IMG/VR virus record: IMGVR_UViG_3300020056_000025
Span: 4,131 to 68,130 of that record
Length of the DNA: 64,000 nucleotides
Strand: one strand, 5' to 3'
DNA from: a virus
Part shown: piece by piece, positions 55,330-64,000 of the stretch
Layout of the letters: each line of letters starts with the position of its first letter
How positions within the stretch are numbered: the first letter of the stretch is position 1
Notes under the pieces: model-generated
What the model saw: only the letters and a program-made list of their open reading frames with translations
The model's database searches: none
What the model was told of the DNA's origin: nothing
Translations under genes and position numbers: made by a program

Positions 55330-58300
55330 ATGTCGAGAGGAAATTATTTTGTATCTTTAAGAACAAATCACTATCTTCATGTACCAGAATTTTACAGATT
55401 TGGGATGAGTTATATAGATGGCTATTGTTACAACGTTTTAAGAAATACAAGCAATCCAATAGCACAACGAGCTAAAGAGATTACATCGCATGTCGATGTT
55501 AATATATATGATAACCAAAGTTTATTTGCTGCTTGGATAAGAGACCATCTAGGTGTTGAAAGTTTCAGTTGGACGTATTTTAATAGTACCGGAGATATAC
55601 ATACAGATACTATAAACACATGGGATACTTCAAATGTAAATATTGGAACTTTAATTAATTATGTTGAATCGACAACTTATGAACAACGAGGATTTGACTT
55701 AGAAAATCAAAACGCTCAGGCAAAAAAACTACTTCAAATACAGTCTAGCTTAGAGGGTTATGCTGTAGGCACTTCTAGTAAGAATCATGATGTTCGGATA
55801 TATTTTCCGCAACCTAATGCAAATAGAACCGACAGAACAGCGGCAACTAAAGGATCGTCTTTAATTTCATCAGTTCCTAGATTAGCTAGTGGTAAAAAGT
55901 TTCATCTTGATGCGACTGACAATGCGGAGGTCGGCACGTATGTCACAAGTAATGAACTATCTGAAGACGACACCGCCGCGACTGTTGCGGGAACACTAAA
56001 ACTTCGTTGGAATAAGAATCTTAACGTCTGGGATGCTGGTCAGACATTTTTAGCTGTATTGTTATCAGATGTTGACGGAGCTGACATAACGAATGTTGGA
56101 TTTGATATTGGAAACATTGAAGCTGTTAGTAAAGATCAATTTTATGGATCAGAAGCTGCTTTTGGAATGTTCGACTTTACAACCGGAATAGCAATGCCTA
56201 TGGGTTTAGAATCAAGCCATCCACAAAGTTTTGGTCCAAATATTTTAAAATGTAAAGATAGTACAAAATTAGAGACAATTAGAGTTGTTAACCGAAGTAG
56301 AACTAATTACTCTAATGGTGAGATTGTCATTATTCATCAAATTGATGGAGAGAATATCATTGGAGGCAAGTTTACAGAAGACGTTGTTGAGCAAAGACCT
56401 CCTCAGCCGGGACGTTGGAACTTTACTAAATTTTTTGCTAATAGTGATGAATATTTTAGATTACGTTATGGCTCCAACAGTGGCGGCTCTGATCAGGGGA
56501 GACCTTCTATCAATCCCCACGGTCTTGTTATGCTGTTGTTTCAAAAATATTACAATGAGAAAACTGGTACTATAAAAAGCCTAAATATTTTTGAAGATAC
56601 TGAATTACCCATAGACTCAAGTTTTATTAATAACTTTGAACTCTTTGAATATTATCAGAGTAAAATAGAAGATTTAGAGCCCACAATAGGTAGAATAAAT
56701 ATTTATGATGATCCCAGCGGAGAGGGTAATGTTGCTCAACAGCGGGTAGGTCAGGAAGAAGTTCCTATATTCTTTGGGCCTATGTTTCCAGATGGAGTTA
56801 ATCTCAAAGTTGGTAACTATAACAAGATGCATACGCCGGGAGAGCGAGTCTACCCGTGGACGTATGATGCTCACAACGCAGTACGAAAAATAAATAGAAA
56901 ACAGTACTATAACGGTGTAGGCACGGGATATACAGCTAGCGGCATAATTTCTGTTGCAGATCCATTTCGGGTTCAGTTTTCTTTATGTAGCTGTGAACTT
57001 TTAGGAGCTGCTGACAGCACAAGTAATCAATTGAACGAAAACTTGCAATCGCATAAGGATAGATTTGGGCCAGATACCAACTTGGAAGTTAGAAAATTTC
57101 AAAAAACACTTAACAATGTTTTTACTACTTATAACAACAAAGAAACAAGTGTACTACAGTTAACTAAAAGAGACAATTTTCCCGATTCATTTACCAGCCC
57201 AGCTGCTGAAAGGAGGGGAACTGACGGTCATGATGCAAGTGCAAGAGTTAATACAAACTTCAACCTTCCACAATCTTTAAATTATCAAGGTTTGACAAAT
57301 AGCGCCGACATCACTCAATTAATACCTTACGATGCCTATATCAAGTATATACCTCTTAACACGCCAATAGGAGCACCCACTGTTTTTGGGGGTGATGTTG
57401 GACCTGAAAGCCTTGAGAATCCCTACATGGGGTCCAATGCTGTTGGTATTACTTCTTCTAGATTGAGACTGAATCAAGGATCAGGAGGTTCTTTTCAATT
57501 AACAGCTGAAGTTAATCAAAACATTGGAATGAAAGGTAGGTACTTTGGAGGAGGTATGCAGCAGGGTGGAATTTTACCAACTGTTATTGGAGCGTTTTTG
57601 CATTTTGCAACTGATACTCGTCGCGACAGAGAAATTAATGGGAGAGTTGCATTATGGGGATCTAGCAGGGACTACATAGATAGTTTTGGCACTGCCGCCT
57701 GTCATGTTCAAGTGTGGGATGCGTGGCCTGACGCATTGACTACTTGGATACCTCAATATATGTGCTCCTTACACTTTAACCCTTCCCCCGCCAGTGATGA
57801 GGGTAGTGTGATAAAAGCTCTTAATTTTGCTAACGCTGAAAAAGATTCGGACGGAAATTGGGCGAAGGATAAAGAGCCAGAAGATTTCGAGATTAATGTT
57901 CCCGCCCTTTGTGAAGTTAGCTATCAAGTTCCTACATACGGAGCTACGGTAGATATTTCATACACAAATGATGACAACGAAACTATTACAGGAACTTATC
58001 CAGCTTATGGCGTTGGTCAGGATGGAGATGCAGTTGGAGCTGGAAACGAGATATTTCAATCTACTGTTCTTCGACCTTCAACTCAATGGCTTTGGGCTAC
58101 ACACAGACATGGAAAATTAGTTACTCAGTATGGTTATAGATATTATCAAACCGTTATAGGGTTGTCACAGTTCAATGTCTCGCTTGTAGATTATGACGAC
58201 GACACTACTCCTTCTGATTTTCAGACTGGAGAGGAAAATATATATTCCGTTGGGACTGGTGATAGGAAAGCCAATTTTTATTTTACAAGCAGTATCCCTA

Positions 58301-58788
58301 GTGAAAAGAATAAAAATGTAAGTATTAAATTTGTTGAAAATGAAGTCACAATAAACGACAACACAAAAAAATCTTATCAAGAAAGGGGACAAGGTTGGCT
58401 TCCAGAAAGTTTGCCTTTTGAAGCAAGTATTGAAGATAGCAATGGTGTTAGAATAGTCATTAAGTTTACACAACTCAGAACACACCAACTAATTAAAATT
58501 GATGCTGGCCCACAACCTAGAACTCCTCTCACTAGAGTATCAATGAAAAGTGGTTCTGGACAAGATTGGGTTTATGGAGATTATTCGACTACTCTACAGG
58601 TAGAAGGTAATAAGACTGGAATAGGTGAGAATCCAAACGCTTTTCAGAGCAGGGATTTGGAACTATATGGGGGCCAATACGAAGTTCTTGTTTATGTACA
58701 TAACGACGTTGCTCTTTGTTGGCATGAAATACCAGAAATTACATCTGGTAGTAATTTAGCTCAATATATAACCGTAAAATTCAGGTAA
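55330..58788 (+). CDS. Large tail-associated protein (possible receptor-binding protein)
   Basis: 1152-aa ORF with RBS AAGGA following the hub-like gene; no recognised domain. Confidence 0.55.
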   Translation: MSRGNYFVSLRTNHYLHVPEFYRFGMSYIDGYCYNVLRNTSNPIAQRAKEITSHVDVNIYDNQSLFAAWIRDHLGVESFSWTYFNSTGDIHTDTINTWDTSNVNIGTLINYVESTTYEQRGFDLENQNAQAKKLLQIQSSLEGYAVGTSSKNHDVRIYFPQPNANRTDRTAATKGSSLISSVPRLASGKKFHLDATDNAEVGTYVTSNELSEDDTAATVAGTLKLRWNKNLNVWDAGQTFLAVLLSDVDGADITNVGFDIGNIEAVSKDQFYGSEAAFGMFDFTTGIAMPMGLESSHPQSFGPNILKCKDSTKLETIRVVNRSRTNYSNGEIVIIHQIDGENIIGGKFTEDVVEQRPPQPGRWNFTKFFANSDEYFRLRYGSNSGGSDQGRPSINPHGLVMLLFQKYYNEKTGTIKSLNIFEDTELPIDSSFINNFELFEYYQSKIEDLEPTIGRINIYDDPSGEGNVAQQRVGQEEVPIFFGPMFPDGVNLKVGNYNKMHTPGERVYPWTYDAHNAVRKINRKQYYNGVGTGYTASGIISVADPFRVQFSLCSCELLGAADSTSNQLNENLQSHKDRFGPDTNLEVRKFQKTLNNVFTTYNNKETSVLQLTKRDNFPDSFTSPAAERRGTDGHDASARVNTNFNLPQSLNYQGLTNSADITQLIPYDAYIKYIPLNTPIGAPTVFGGDVGPESLENPYMGSNAVGITSSRLRLNQGSGGSFQLTAEVNQNIGMKGRYFGGGMQQGGILPTVIGAFLHFATDTRRDREINGRVALWGSSRDYIDSFGTAACHVQVWDAWPDALTTWIPQYMCSLHFNPSPASDEGSVIKALNFANAEKDSDGNWAKDKEPEDFEINVPALCEVSYQVPTYGATVDISYTNDDNETITGTYPAYGVGQDGDAVGAGNEIFQSTVLRPSTQWLWATHRHGKLVTQYGYRYYQTVIGLSQFNVSLVDYDDDTTPSDFQTGEENIYSVGTGDRKANFYFTSSIPSEKNKNVSIKFVENEVTINDNTKKSYQERGQGWLPESLPFEASIEDSNGVRIVIKFTQLRTHQLIKIDAGPQPRTPLTRVSMKSGSGQDWVYGDYSTTLQVEGNKTGIGENPNAFQSRDLELYGGQYEVLVYVHNDVALCWHEIPEITSGSNLAQYITVKFR

Positions 58789-58791
58789 TTT

Positions 58792-58801
58792 TGTGTATAA
58801 T
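58792..58801 (+). promoter_or_regulatory. Putative late promoter motif copy (TGTGTATAAT)
   Basis: 3 nt after a stop codon and 44 nt before ATG 58836 (RBS GGGAGG). Confidence 0.65.
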
Positions 58802-58835
58802 ACTACGTGATCACTTATTTTTTGGGAGGCTTAAA

Positions 58836-59627
58836 ATGGCTGAAATTAGATTTTATGGAAACAGGTTTGACGGAGCAGACGAGGTTCAAGACCTTTTGGA
58901 TCATACAAGTGGAAGTGGCTTGGGTTTTTTCGCTGCTACAGGCTTTGGATACCCCGTCCCCGTTGATGAAACTCAGGGCAGTACTTTTGTCACTGACTCC
59001 ACCGGAGCAAGTCCGGGAGGTGGTAGTCCTCTACAGCTAAATAACTGTCAATACCCCTTTTCAGAAGATTCTCCTGATTCTAAAGTAAAAGTAAACGGCG
59101 TTGGCACTGCTAAAAACTTGAGTGAATTAAATAATAACGAAGCTACTTTGAACATAAGATTTACCCACACTCAGGCGGTAAGAGCTTCACAGCCCAAAAT
59201 AATTATTTATGACAGAACCAGTATTAACAATCACGCACAAGATGTTATTACATATGTTTTTGAGGTACGTAAGCCTTACACTGGAACAGCAGCAAATTTA
59301 TCGCACAGGGCAAAAAACGAAAACACATGGACCGTTTTTGACCCAACAGTAGGTGGTGCGCCATCTGCTATGAACCTTACTCAATCTCCGGGTCCAAGTG
59401 GATTAAATGCTAATACTACAGATTTTGGTAATTCTTCATATACAAATTATATTGTAAATACCTCAACAGATAGTCCTGCTGGCCTTGGTCTTTCAGCTGA
59501 GGATTACAATGATGCAGACTCTGGATCATTTCTTAGACACGATTGGTATTTAGCATTAAGCTCATCTCCGACAACAATTGGAGAAAAAAGAAATTACGCA
59601 CTGTATTTTACAGTAGACTATATCTAA
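58836..59627 (+). CDS. Virion structural protein
   Basis: Start moved to ATG 58836 (MAEIRF) after GGGAGG. G/S/T-rich with its own promoter motif; ends HDWYLALS.SP..IG.K..YALYF..DYI. Confidence 0.65.
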   Translation: MAEIRFYGNRFDGADEVQDLLDHTSGSGLGFFAATGFGYPVPVDETQGSTFVTDSTGASPGGGSPLQLNNCQYPFSEDSPDSKVKVNGVGTAKNLSELNNNEATLNIRFTHTQAVRASQPKIIIYDRTSINNHAQDVITYVFEVRKPYTGTAANLSHRAKNENTWTVFDPTVGGAPSAMNLTQSPGPSGLNANTTDFGNSSYTNYIVNTSTDSPAGLGLSAEDYNDADSGSFLRHDWYLALSSSPTTIGEKRNYALYFTVDYI

Positions 59628-59628
59628 T

Positions 59629-59651
59629 AAAAAGGGGCGCATTAGCGCCCC
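59629..59651 (-). terminator. Rho-independent terminator at the convergence point (best for - strand)
   Basis: AAAAA-GGGGCGC-ATTA-GCGCCCC is a perfect 7-bp GC stem with a T-tract on the - strand; there is only a weak T-tract on the + strand. Confidence 0.8.
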
Positions 59652-59778
59652 ATCTAGTTTTGTATGTTCTATCAACTCTCTTAAGAACTAGTTAACTTAG
59701 ATTTTGTTGTTGATAGATTCTGGCTTGTTTCGCCATAACGCTTGCTTAAGACCAGAAACTTAGCTTTTATGCGCTATG

Positions 59779-60111
59779 TTATTCCATCTGCTTTGACTTC
59801 GCGTTCCACTTCATCCAACCGCCATCAGGCAACCAAGTGTCACCATCCTTGCGCTTTGGAAATAGACCGCCACCCTTCTTGTGCGAACCAAACGCTAGCT
59901 TTGCCCCACAGGATTTACACTTTAATTCATAATACTGATTGTCATCTACAGTTCTTACAACATACTGAATATCCTCACCCTTACATTTTCCACATACGTC
60001 ATTTTCAAAGACTTCTTGGAACTTGTTTAGCTCTGAGAACAGTTCTCTCTGAGATTCTGCTTCAATACTAACGCTTAATCTACCATTCTTTGTAGTATAA
60101 TTTAATTTCAT
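59779..60111 (-). CDS. Zn-ribbon protein
   Basis: CGKC...CKSC motifs; probable start at the TAATG overlap at 60111 (MKLNY). Confidence 0.7.
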   Translation of the reverse strand: MKLNYTTKNGRLSVSIEAESQRELFSELNKFQEVFENDVCGKCKGEDIQYVVRTVDDNQYYELKCKSCGAKLAFGSHKKGGGLFPKRKDGDTWLPDGGWMKWNAKSKQME

Positions 60112-60869
60112 TACGATCTCCACTCTTCGTTATAGCCAATAATACTTTCTGGGATTGAACCCTTGTCACGTTGATACTCATTAAGACGATCAATGATATC
60201 GCTGGCGACCTTTTTAGAAACCTTGCGGTTCTGATCTACATTAAAAACTTCCTTAAATAACTTTCCACCATCTACATTTAGCTGCTTACACTTAATATCT
60301 ATAAAATTAGACTGAGCATCACTCATTCTACCCTGATCATCATAATCTCCGCTAGTACTATTTGTTTGCTTGGAGATATCACGGACAATCTTGGCAGTAT
60401 CTTTCTTAGTTAATTCTTCTGCTGCCACACCCTTGATCTTTAAGGCTTTACGTAACGCTCTAGCCTCTGCCCTAGTACTGGCAATTGCAACGGCGTAGGC
60501 ACAGAACATATCGTCAGTATTGCCCTCCCAAGCGTCAGCAACCTCAGAATATTCAGATCCGTTGGCAAACCTGACAGTAAATACCACAGTTGCTCTGCCG
60601 TGGTGGTCATCTCTGGTAACTGGAAATACTTGGGTTGGGCCACTGTACATAATTTGCCCCAGAACAAGCTCAGATACCCTTCTAAGGCCCGTTACTAAAG
60701 GGTGGCCATTCATAAGCTCATCTTCTTCAAAAAGGCTCATAGCGTAATCGTGCCACTCTGAGGATAGCATATCTGGAGCATCATCCATAATTACATCCTT
60801 TACTGAAGTGCTTGTGTTTGACGGCGTTTGCAATTCTTCCATGTCTTCAAATAAATTATCTTCTTGCAT
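60111..60869 (-). CDS. Rad52/Sak-like single-strand annealing protein
   Basis: Beta-hairpin core ATVVFTVRF...YSEVADA followed by AVAIASTRAEARALRKAL, and a C-terminal helical module MSDAQ..FI...SKKVASDII. Confidence 0.65.
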   Translation of the reverse strand: MQEDNLFEDMEELQTPSNTSTSVKDVIMDDAPDMLSSEWHDYAMSLFEEDELMNGHPLVTGLRRVSELVLGQIMYSGPTQVFPVTRDDHHGRATVVFTVRFANGSEYSEVADAWEGNTDDMFCAYAVAIASTRAEARALRKALKIKGVAAEELTKKDTAKIVRDISKQTNSTSGDYDDQGRMSDAQSNFIDIKCKQLNVDGGKLFKEVFNVDQNRKVSKKVASDIIDRLNEYQRDKGSIPESIIGYNEEWRS

Positions 60870-60879
60870 TTTTTACCTC

Positions 60880-61650
60880 TCAGGTTTCAATTTCAATATA
60901 ACGCTTAGATTTTGATGGGAATTTACCCTCAAATGTGTGAAGTATATCAATCAATTTGTCCTTCAATTTATGTTGATCAATCAAACATATTGAGTCAGAT
61001 ACGTGCTTCACTCTTATTATAGCGAAACCCTTGCTTAAAATCAACCCTGTTTTGTTCTGATCTGACTTTATTTGCTTTTGAAGTTTTACCTCTCCCCATA
61101 TTGGAAAAAAATGAGAGGGTCCATCTATTTCTATAACTGTTTTTACTGATGGTACGTATAAATCAATTTCCAAGTTCTCATTTGGGAGTAGATTTTTTTT
61201 ATGTATTTCTACTTTAAATCCACCTTTAGATAATTCATCTTTAATAAACTTTTCTAATTTAGATCCTTCTTTTCCAGCTTTTTGTATTGCTTGTATTGCT
61301 AATTTATTTATTTTTTGCTTCTCTTCTTCGGTCATGCTGCTCCATCGTTCTTTTGATTTTTTTACAATTTTTTCATATTCTTCTGGATCAATGTTGGCCC
61401 ACCTATTTTTTAAAGTGTTGCTTATTTTCAGTCTTTCTTTCTGTGTTCTCTTTTTTCCCTGTGTTGGTATCCTTGACTTTCCTTGAGCTAATGCATTTTT
61501 TTGAGCCTCACTCTTTGTGTTAAGTTGAACATTATTCTTAATTAATATTCTTCTTATTTTATTCGGATACGTTTCAAGCGCCTGAGCAATTTGGTACGTG
61601 CTCATTTTCTGATCGCAGTACATTGATACTATTTTATCATCTTTATTCAT
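60880..61650 (-). CDS. Putative homing endonuclease (HTH + NUMOD3-like + Vsr/DUF559 nuclease)
   Basis: HTH MSTYQIAQAL...IRRIL, NUMOD3-like GKKRTQKERLKIS, and nuclease SKLE...LEIDLYVP....IEIDGPSHF...D..K....GF.IIRV. Confidence 0.75.
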   Translation of the reverse strand: MNKDDKIVSMYCDQKMSTYQIAQALETYPNKIRRILIKNNVQLNTKSEAQKNALAQGKSRIPTQGKKRTQKERLKISNTLKNRWANIDPEEYEKIVKKSKERWSSMTEEEKQKINKLAIQAIQKAGKEGSKLEKFIKDELSKGGFKVEIHKKNLLPNENLEIDLYVPSVKTVIEIDGPSHFFPIWGEVKLQKQIKSDQNKTGLILSKGFAIIRVKHVSDSICLIDQHKLKDKLIDILHTFEGKFPSKSKRYIEIET

Positions 61651-62059
61651 TTATATACTCTTCCACTGTTCTCATTTTTTCCAGCATTAAACATTTATGA
61701 TAATTTTCAAATAGATTTTGTCCAACAGATAAATATTCTATATTTTCCGAATTATAACTAAACAGCTTAAATATATCTCTAATACTAGAAGTGCTAACAA
61801 TGTGTTTTATATTGTAGGCTCTCTTGTTTTCAAGTGCAAAAATGGTATCTTCTGTACAAAAAGTTATCAGATCACCATTAAAGCTTTGTAAAGTTCCAGC
61901 TGACATAACGCATGAGTCGAAGGTGCTAAAATTGTATACATTTTTAGAAAAAATACACAAATTTATTTTTTTATGTTTTATCATTTTAAAAACATGTGAT
62001 ACTAAATCATGCTCTTCGTTACCTGAAGAATTTATTAACATTCCTAAAGTTTTATTCAT
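61643..62059 (-). CDS. Hypothetical protein
   Basis: 138-aa ORF overlapping both neighbours in operon fashion. Confidence 0.6.
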   Translation of the reverse strand: MNKTLGMLINSSGNEEHDLVSHVFKMIKHKKINLCIFSKNVYNFSTFDSCVMSAGTLQSFNGDLITFCTEDTIFALENKRAYNIKHIVSTSSIRDIFKLFSYNSENIEYLSVGQNLFENYHKCLMLEKMRTVEEYINE

Positions 62060-62793
62060 TATATTGCTCTCGTTTCTAACCGTAGACAGTCAGCTACGTA
62101 TGTGTAAAATCGTTCCATTGCGTGTTCTACCTTTCCATCCATTGAATAATGTCTTTCAAAATAACTGTCGTGAACACATGAGTGCGCTAACTTGATAATG
62201 TTTTTTCTTGCCATAAACATAGTTCCAGCAAAGAAATCTAAATTTATGTTTTCACTTTTATAATTAAATTCTGATGCAAGTATATCTTGTAAATGACGCA
62301 ACCATACTATGGTGTGAGTACTTTTTACGATCTTCTTTCTTTTTTTGAACGAAACTATTTTTGATAAAGATGCTAGTTCTTTTTCTTCTTTTAGATGTTC
62401 CATTTTTTTTAAAGAACCTATAATCCCAATTTTCGTATTTTGTAGTAAGTCTTCAACCATAGTTAAATTATCCTGACCAATCAGTGGATCAATAAGATAA
62501 TTAGTCCATTGGACATCTTTTTTGTCGTGAAAATAAAAAACCCAATCTTTATTCTCTGAATTGTTTTTATAAGATTCAATAAATCCTACTTGATCATTTC
62601 CCAAGTTTTCTACAAAAACTGTTTTTACTTCACTAAATTTACCCCTAGCATAGTTCAATATATCTTCGTTGTGTTCACACCCCTCTATTAAAGATAGATT
62701 AATTCTGTCTTTAAATTTTTTAGATACTTTATCAAGAACCTGTTTTGATTCTTCTTTGTACCAAAGGTGTGCGTGTAATTCTATATTATTCAT
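62059..62793 (-). CDS. RgpF (rhamnan synthesis protein F)-like glycosyltransferase
   Basis: HAHLWY, VENLGND..GF, FHDKK...W...LIDPL, FFAGTMFMAR and GKVEHAMER parallel the RgpF motifs H.yY, eNrGrD, HtKk, F.aGtMFw.R and HalER. Confidence 0.72.
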   Translation of the reverse strand: MNNIELHAHLWYKEESKQVLDKVSKKFKDRINLSLIEGCEHNEDILNYARGKFSEVKTVFVENLGNDQVGFIESYKNNSENKDWVFYFHDKKDVQWTNYLIDPLIGQDNLTMVEDLLQNTKIGIIGSLKKMEHLKEEKELASLSKIVSFKKRKKIVKSTHTIVWLRHLQDILASEFNYKSENINLDFFAGTMFMARKNIIKLAHSCVHDSYFERHYSMDGKVEHAMERFYTYVADCLRLETRAI

Positions 62794-63665
62794 TGTGATT
62801 TTTTTGGTTTTGGTAAATGTGTAAATAATTTATTCATTTGATTTTCTACTGAAAATTCTTTTGCTATGTGGTCATGAAAATCTTTAAAATTAATATTATC
62901 TTTTCCTATATTGTCAAATGATATATCAATTTCCATACCTAAGCTTTTCTTGGTGTTTTTTGGTGTTGAACCATAAAGTATGTAGACGGGTTTTCTTAAA
63001 GCGCATATGTCATAAAATGTTTTCCCTAAACCTCTTCTTTCGTTCGAATAAAATACAAAACTTTTGTAATTACACAGCACATTTGCATCCAAAGAAAGTG
63101 GGCCTACATATTCTGCACAAGAAGTAGAACCCAATATTTGCGTATGAAATGAAAAATTTTCTCTTAATTCTCCTAAATCTTCAACATCTACTCTATTGTG
63201 TTCTCCTATAAGTAAAAAATCAAATTCTTTTTTCCACTTAATTTCTTCTGTTGTGATTAGCAAGTCAGTCTGGAATGATGGAAAGTTTATAAAATTTTCT
63301 TCATATTTAATTGCGTATCCACTTCCAAAGTTATTGTTTCCAACAATTTTATATCTCTTTTTGTTTTTTTTAAAATTATCTTCAATTTCATTCATTGTAG
63401 AGGATGGGCATGTTTCATGCAGCATTACTATATACAGCATATCCCTTGAGTCATTTTCTACGTAATTCCAAAACATTTCATCTTTTAACATGATACTTGA
63501 AGTGATATACCAATCTGGTTGTATTTTATTCATATGAAAAGGCAATTTATTACTTTTAGTGTGCATTAGATATGAATTTTTATTTTTTGACTTAAAATAT
63601 TCATGCATTTTTTCGCATAAGTTATCTTGGTAGAGTGCGGAAAAATTGTCAATCAATATTTTCAT
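62790..63665 (-). CDS. Hypothetical protein, possibly GT-B-like glycosyltransferase
   Basis: 291 aa with an alpha/beta pattern: MKILID start, QPDWYI, GLGKTFYDICALRKPV and a terminal FSVENQM helix. Next to the RgpF-like gene. Confidence 0.4.
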   Translation of the reverse strand: MKILIDNFSALYQDNLCEKMHEYFKSKNKNSYLMHTKSNKLPFHMNKIQPDWYITSSIMLKDEMFWNYVENDSRDMLYIVMLHETCPSSTMNEIEDNFKKNKKRYKIVGNNNFGSGYAIKYEENFINFPSFQTDLLITTEEIKWKKEFDFLLIGEHNRVDVEDLGELRENFSFHTQILGSTSCAEYVGPLSLDANVLCNYKSFVFYSNERRGLGKTFYDICALRKPVYILYGSTPKNTKKSLGMEIDISFDNIGKDNINFKDFHDHIAKEFSVENQMNKLFTHLPKPKKSQ

Positions 63666-64000
63666 ACTTTTCTCCCTATGTAATCTAAATTTTTAATGTT
63701 TTGAATTTTTATAGCTTTCCCAGAATTAGATTTGTTTATAGCTATTTTGTTTTTTGGTATTATTTCATTTATTGCTTCAAACAAAAATTTCTTCTTGAAT
63801 ATTGTATTAACAAGTATACCCTCAAGATCTTTAATTATTTTAGTATTGCTTAAAAACAATATTTCAGACCAGTGCTTTTTTGCTCCGTAACAGAAATATT
63901 GTATGTTTTTATCGCTGTCCACATTTAATCCAACATCTAGATTTCCTTCTTTATTATTAGAACAAGATATAGCAAATGTTTCGCTTAAATTAAGATTGTT
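63662..64000 (-). CDS. 3' part of a gene running off the window (possibly nucleotidyltransferase-like)
   Basis: The frame stays open from GTG 63922 to base 64000 (..NLSETFAISCSNNKEGNLDVGLNVDSDK..), so the true start is outside the window. The function is a weak guess. Confidence 0.5.
   Translation of the reverse strand, partial: NNLNLSETFAISCSNNKEGNLDVGLNVDSDKNIQYFCYGAKKHWSEILFLSNTKIIKDLEGILVNTIFKKKFLFEAINEIIPKNKIAINKSNSGKAIKIQNIKNLDYIGRKV

Noticed and set aside
58791-58835. Upstream starts given by the ORF track (also 1527, 2213, 8252, 18415, 24870, 60123)
   Set aside because: They overlap upstream genes or the promoter motif; downstream ATGs have better RBS or coupling.
48574-59627. Diversity-generating retroelement targeting tail genes
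   Set aside because: No reverse transcriptase is present, and I saw no TR/VR pair differing at adenines. A self-dotplot would be needed to exclude it fully.
26540-59627. Contractile tail or bacterial contractile injection system
   Set aside because: No sheath or baseplate wedge (gpJ/gp25) genes were recognised, and terminase, portal and capsid genes show this is a phage.
1-64000. Stop-codon reassignment (alternative genetic code)
   Set aside because: The standard code gives near-complete coding density, and TAA, TAG and TGA all end genes at sensible boundaries.

Overview
Gene-dense, AT-rich segment of a large tailed dsDNA phage (Caudoviricetes). No sheath gene is recognisable, so it is probably siphovirus-like; the host cannot be established from sequence. 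The + strand (1-59627) is the morphogenesis region. It runs: exostosin/GT47-like glycosyltransferase, HNH and ERCC4 nucleases, ClpP-like protease, large terminase, portal, prohead protease with a probable nested scaffold gene, decoration protein, major capsid, fibre proteins (three with long poly-Thr linkers), head-tail joining genes, an internally duplicated tail tube, chaperones, a 2171-aa tape measure, a 4077-aa FG-GAP adhesin-like protein and tail-tip genes. A convergent - strand block (59779-64000) holds a Zn-ribbon protein, a Rad52/Sak-like annealase, a Vsr/DUF559-type homing endonuclease and glycosylation-type genes. The most notable signals are: (1) a recurrent KGTGTATA(A/T) motif before structural gene blocks, a candidate late promoter; (2) a possible virion O-glycosylation system (poly-Thr tracts, Ser-Gly enrichment, flanking glycosyltransferases); (3) a duplicated FAxGG/DTVPAxLTPGEFV module bracketing a PD-(D/E)xK-like insert in the tape measure; (4) an integrin-like architecture in the giant protein. 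All family calls come from reading motifs by eye; no database search was run.
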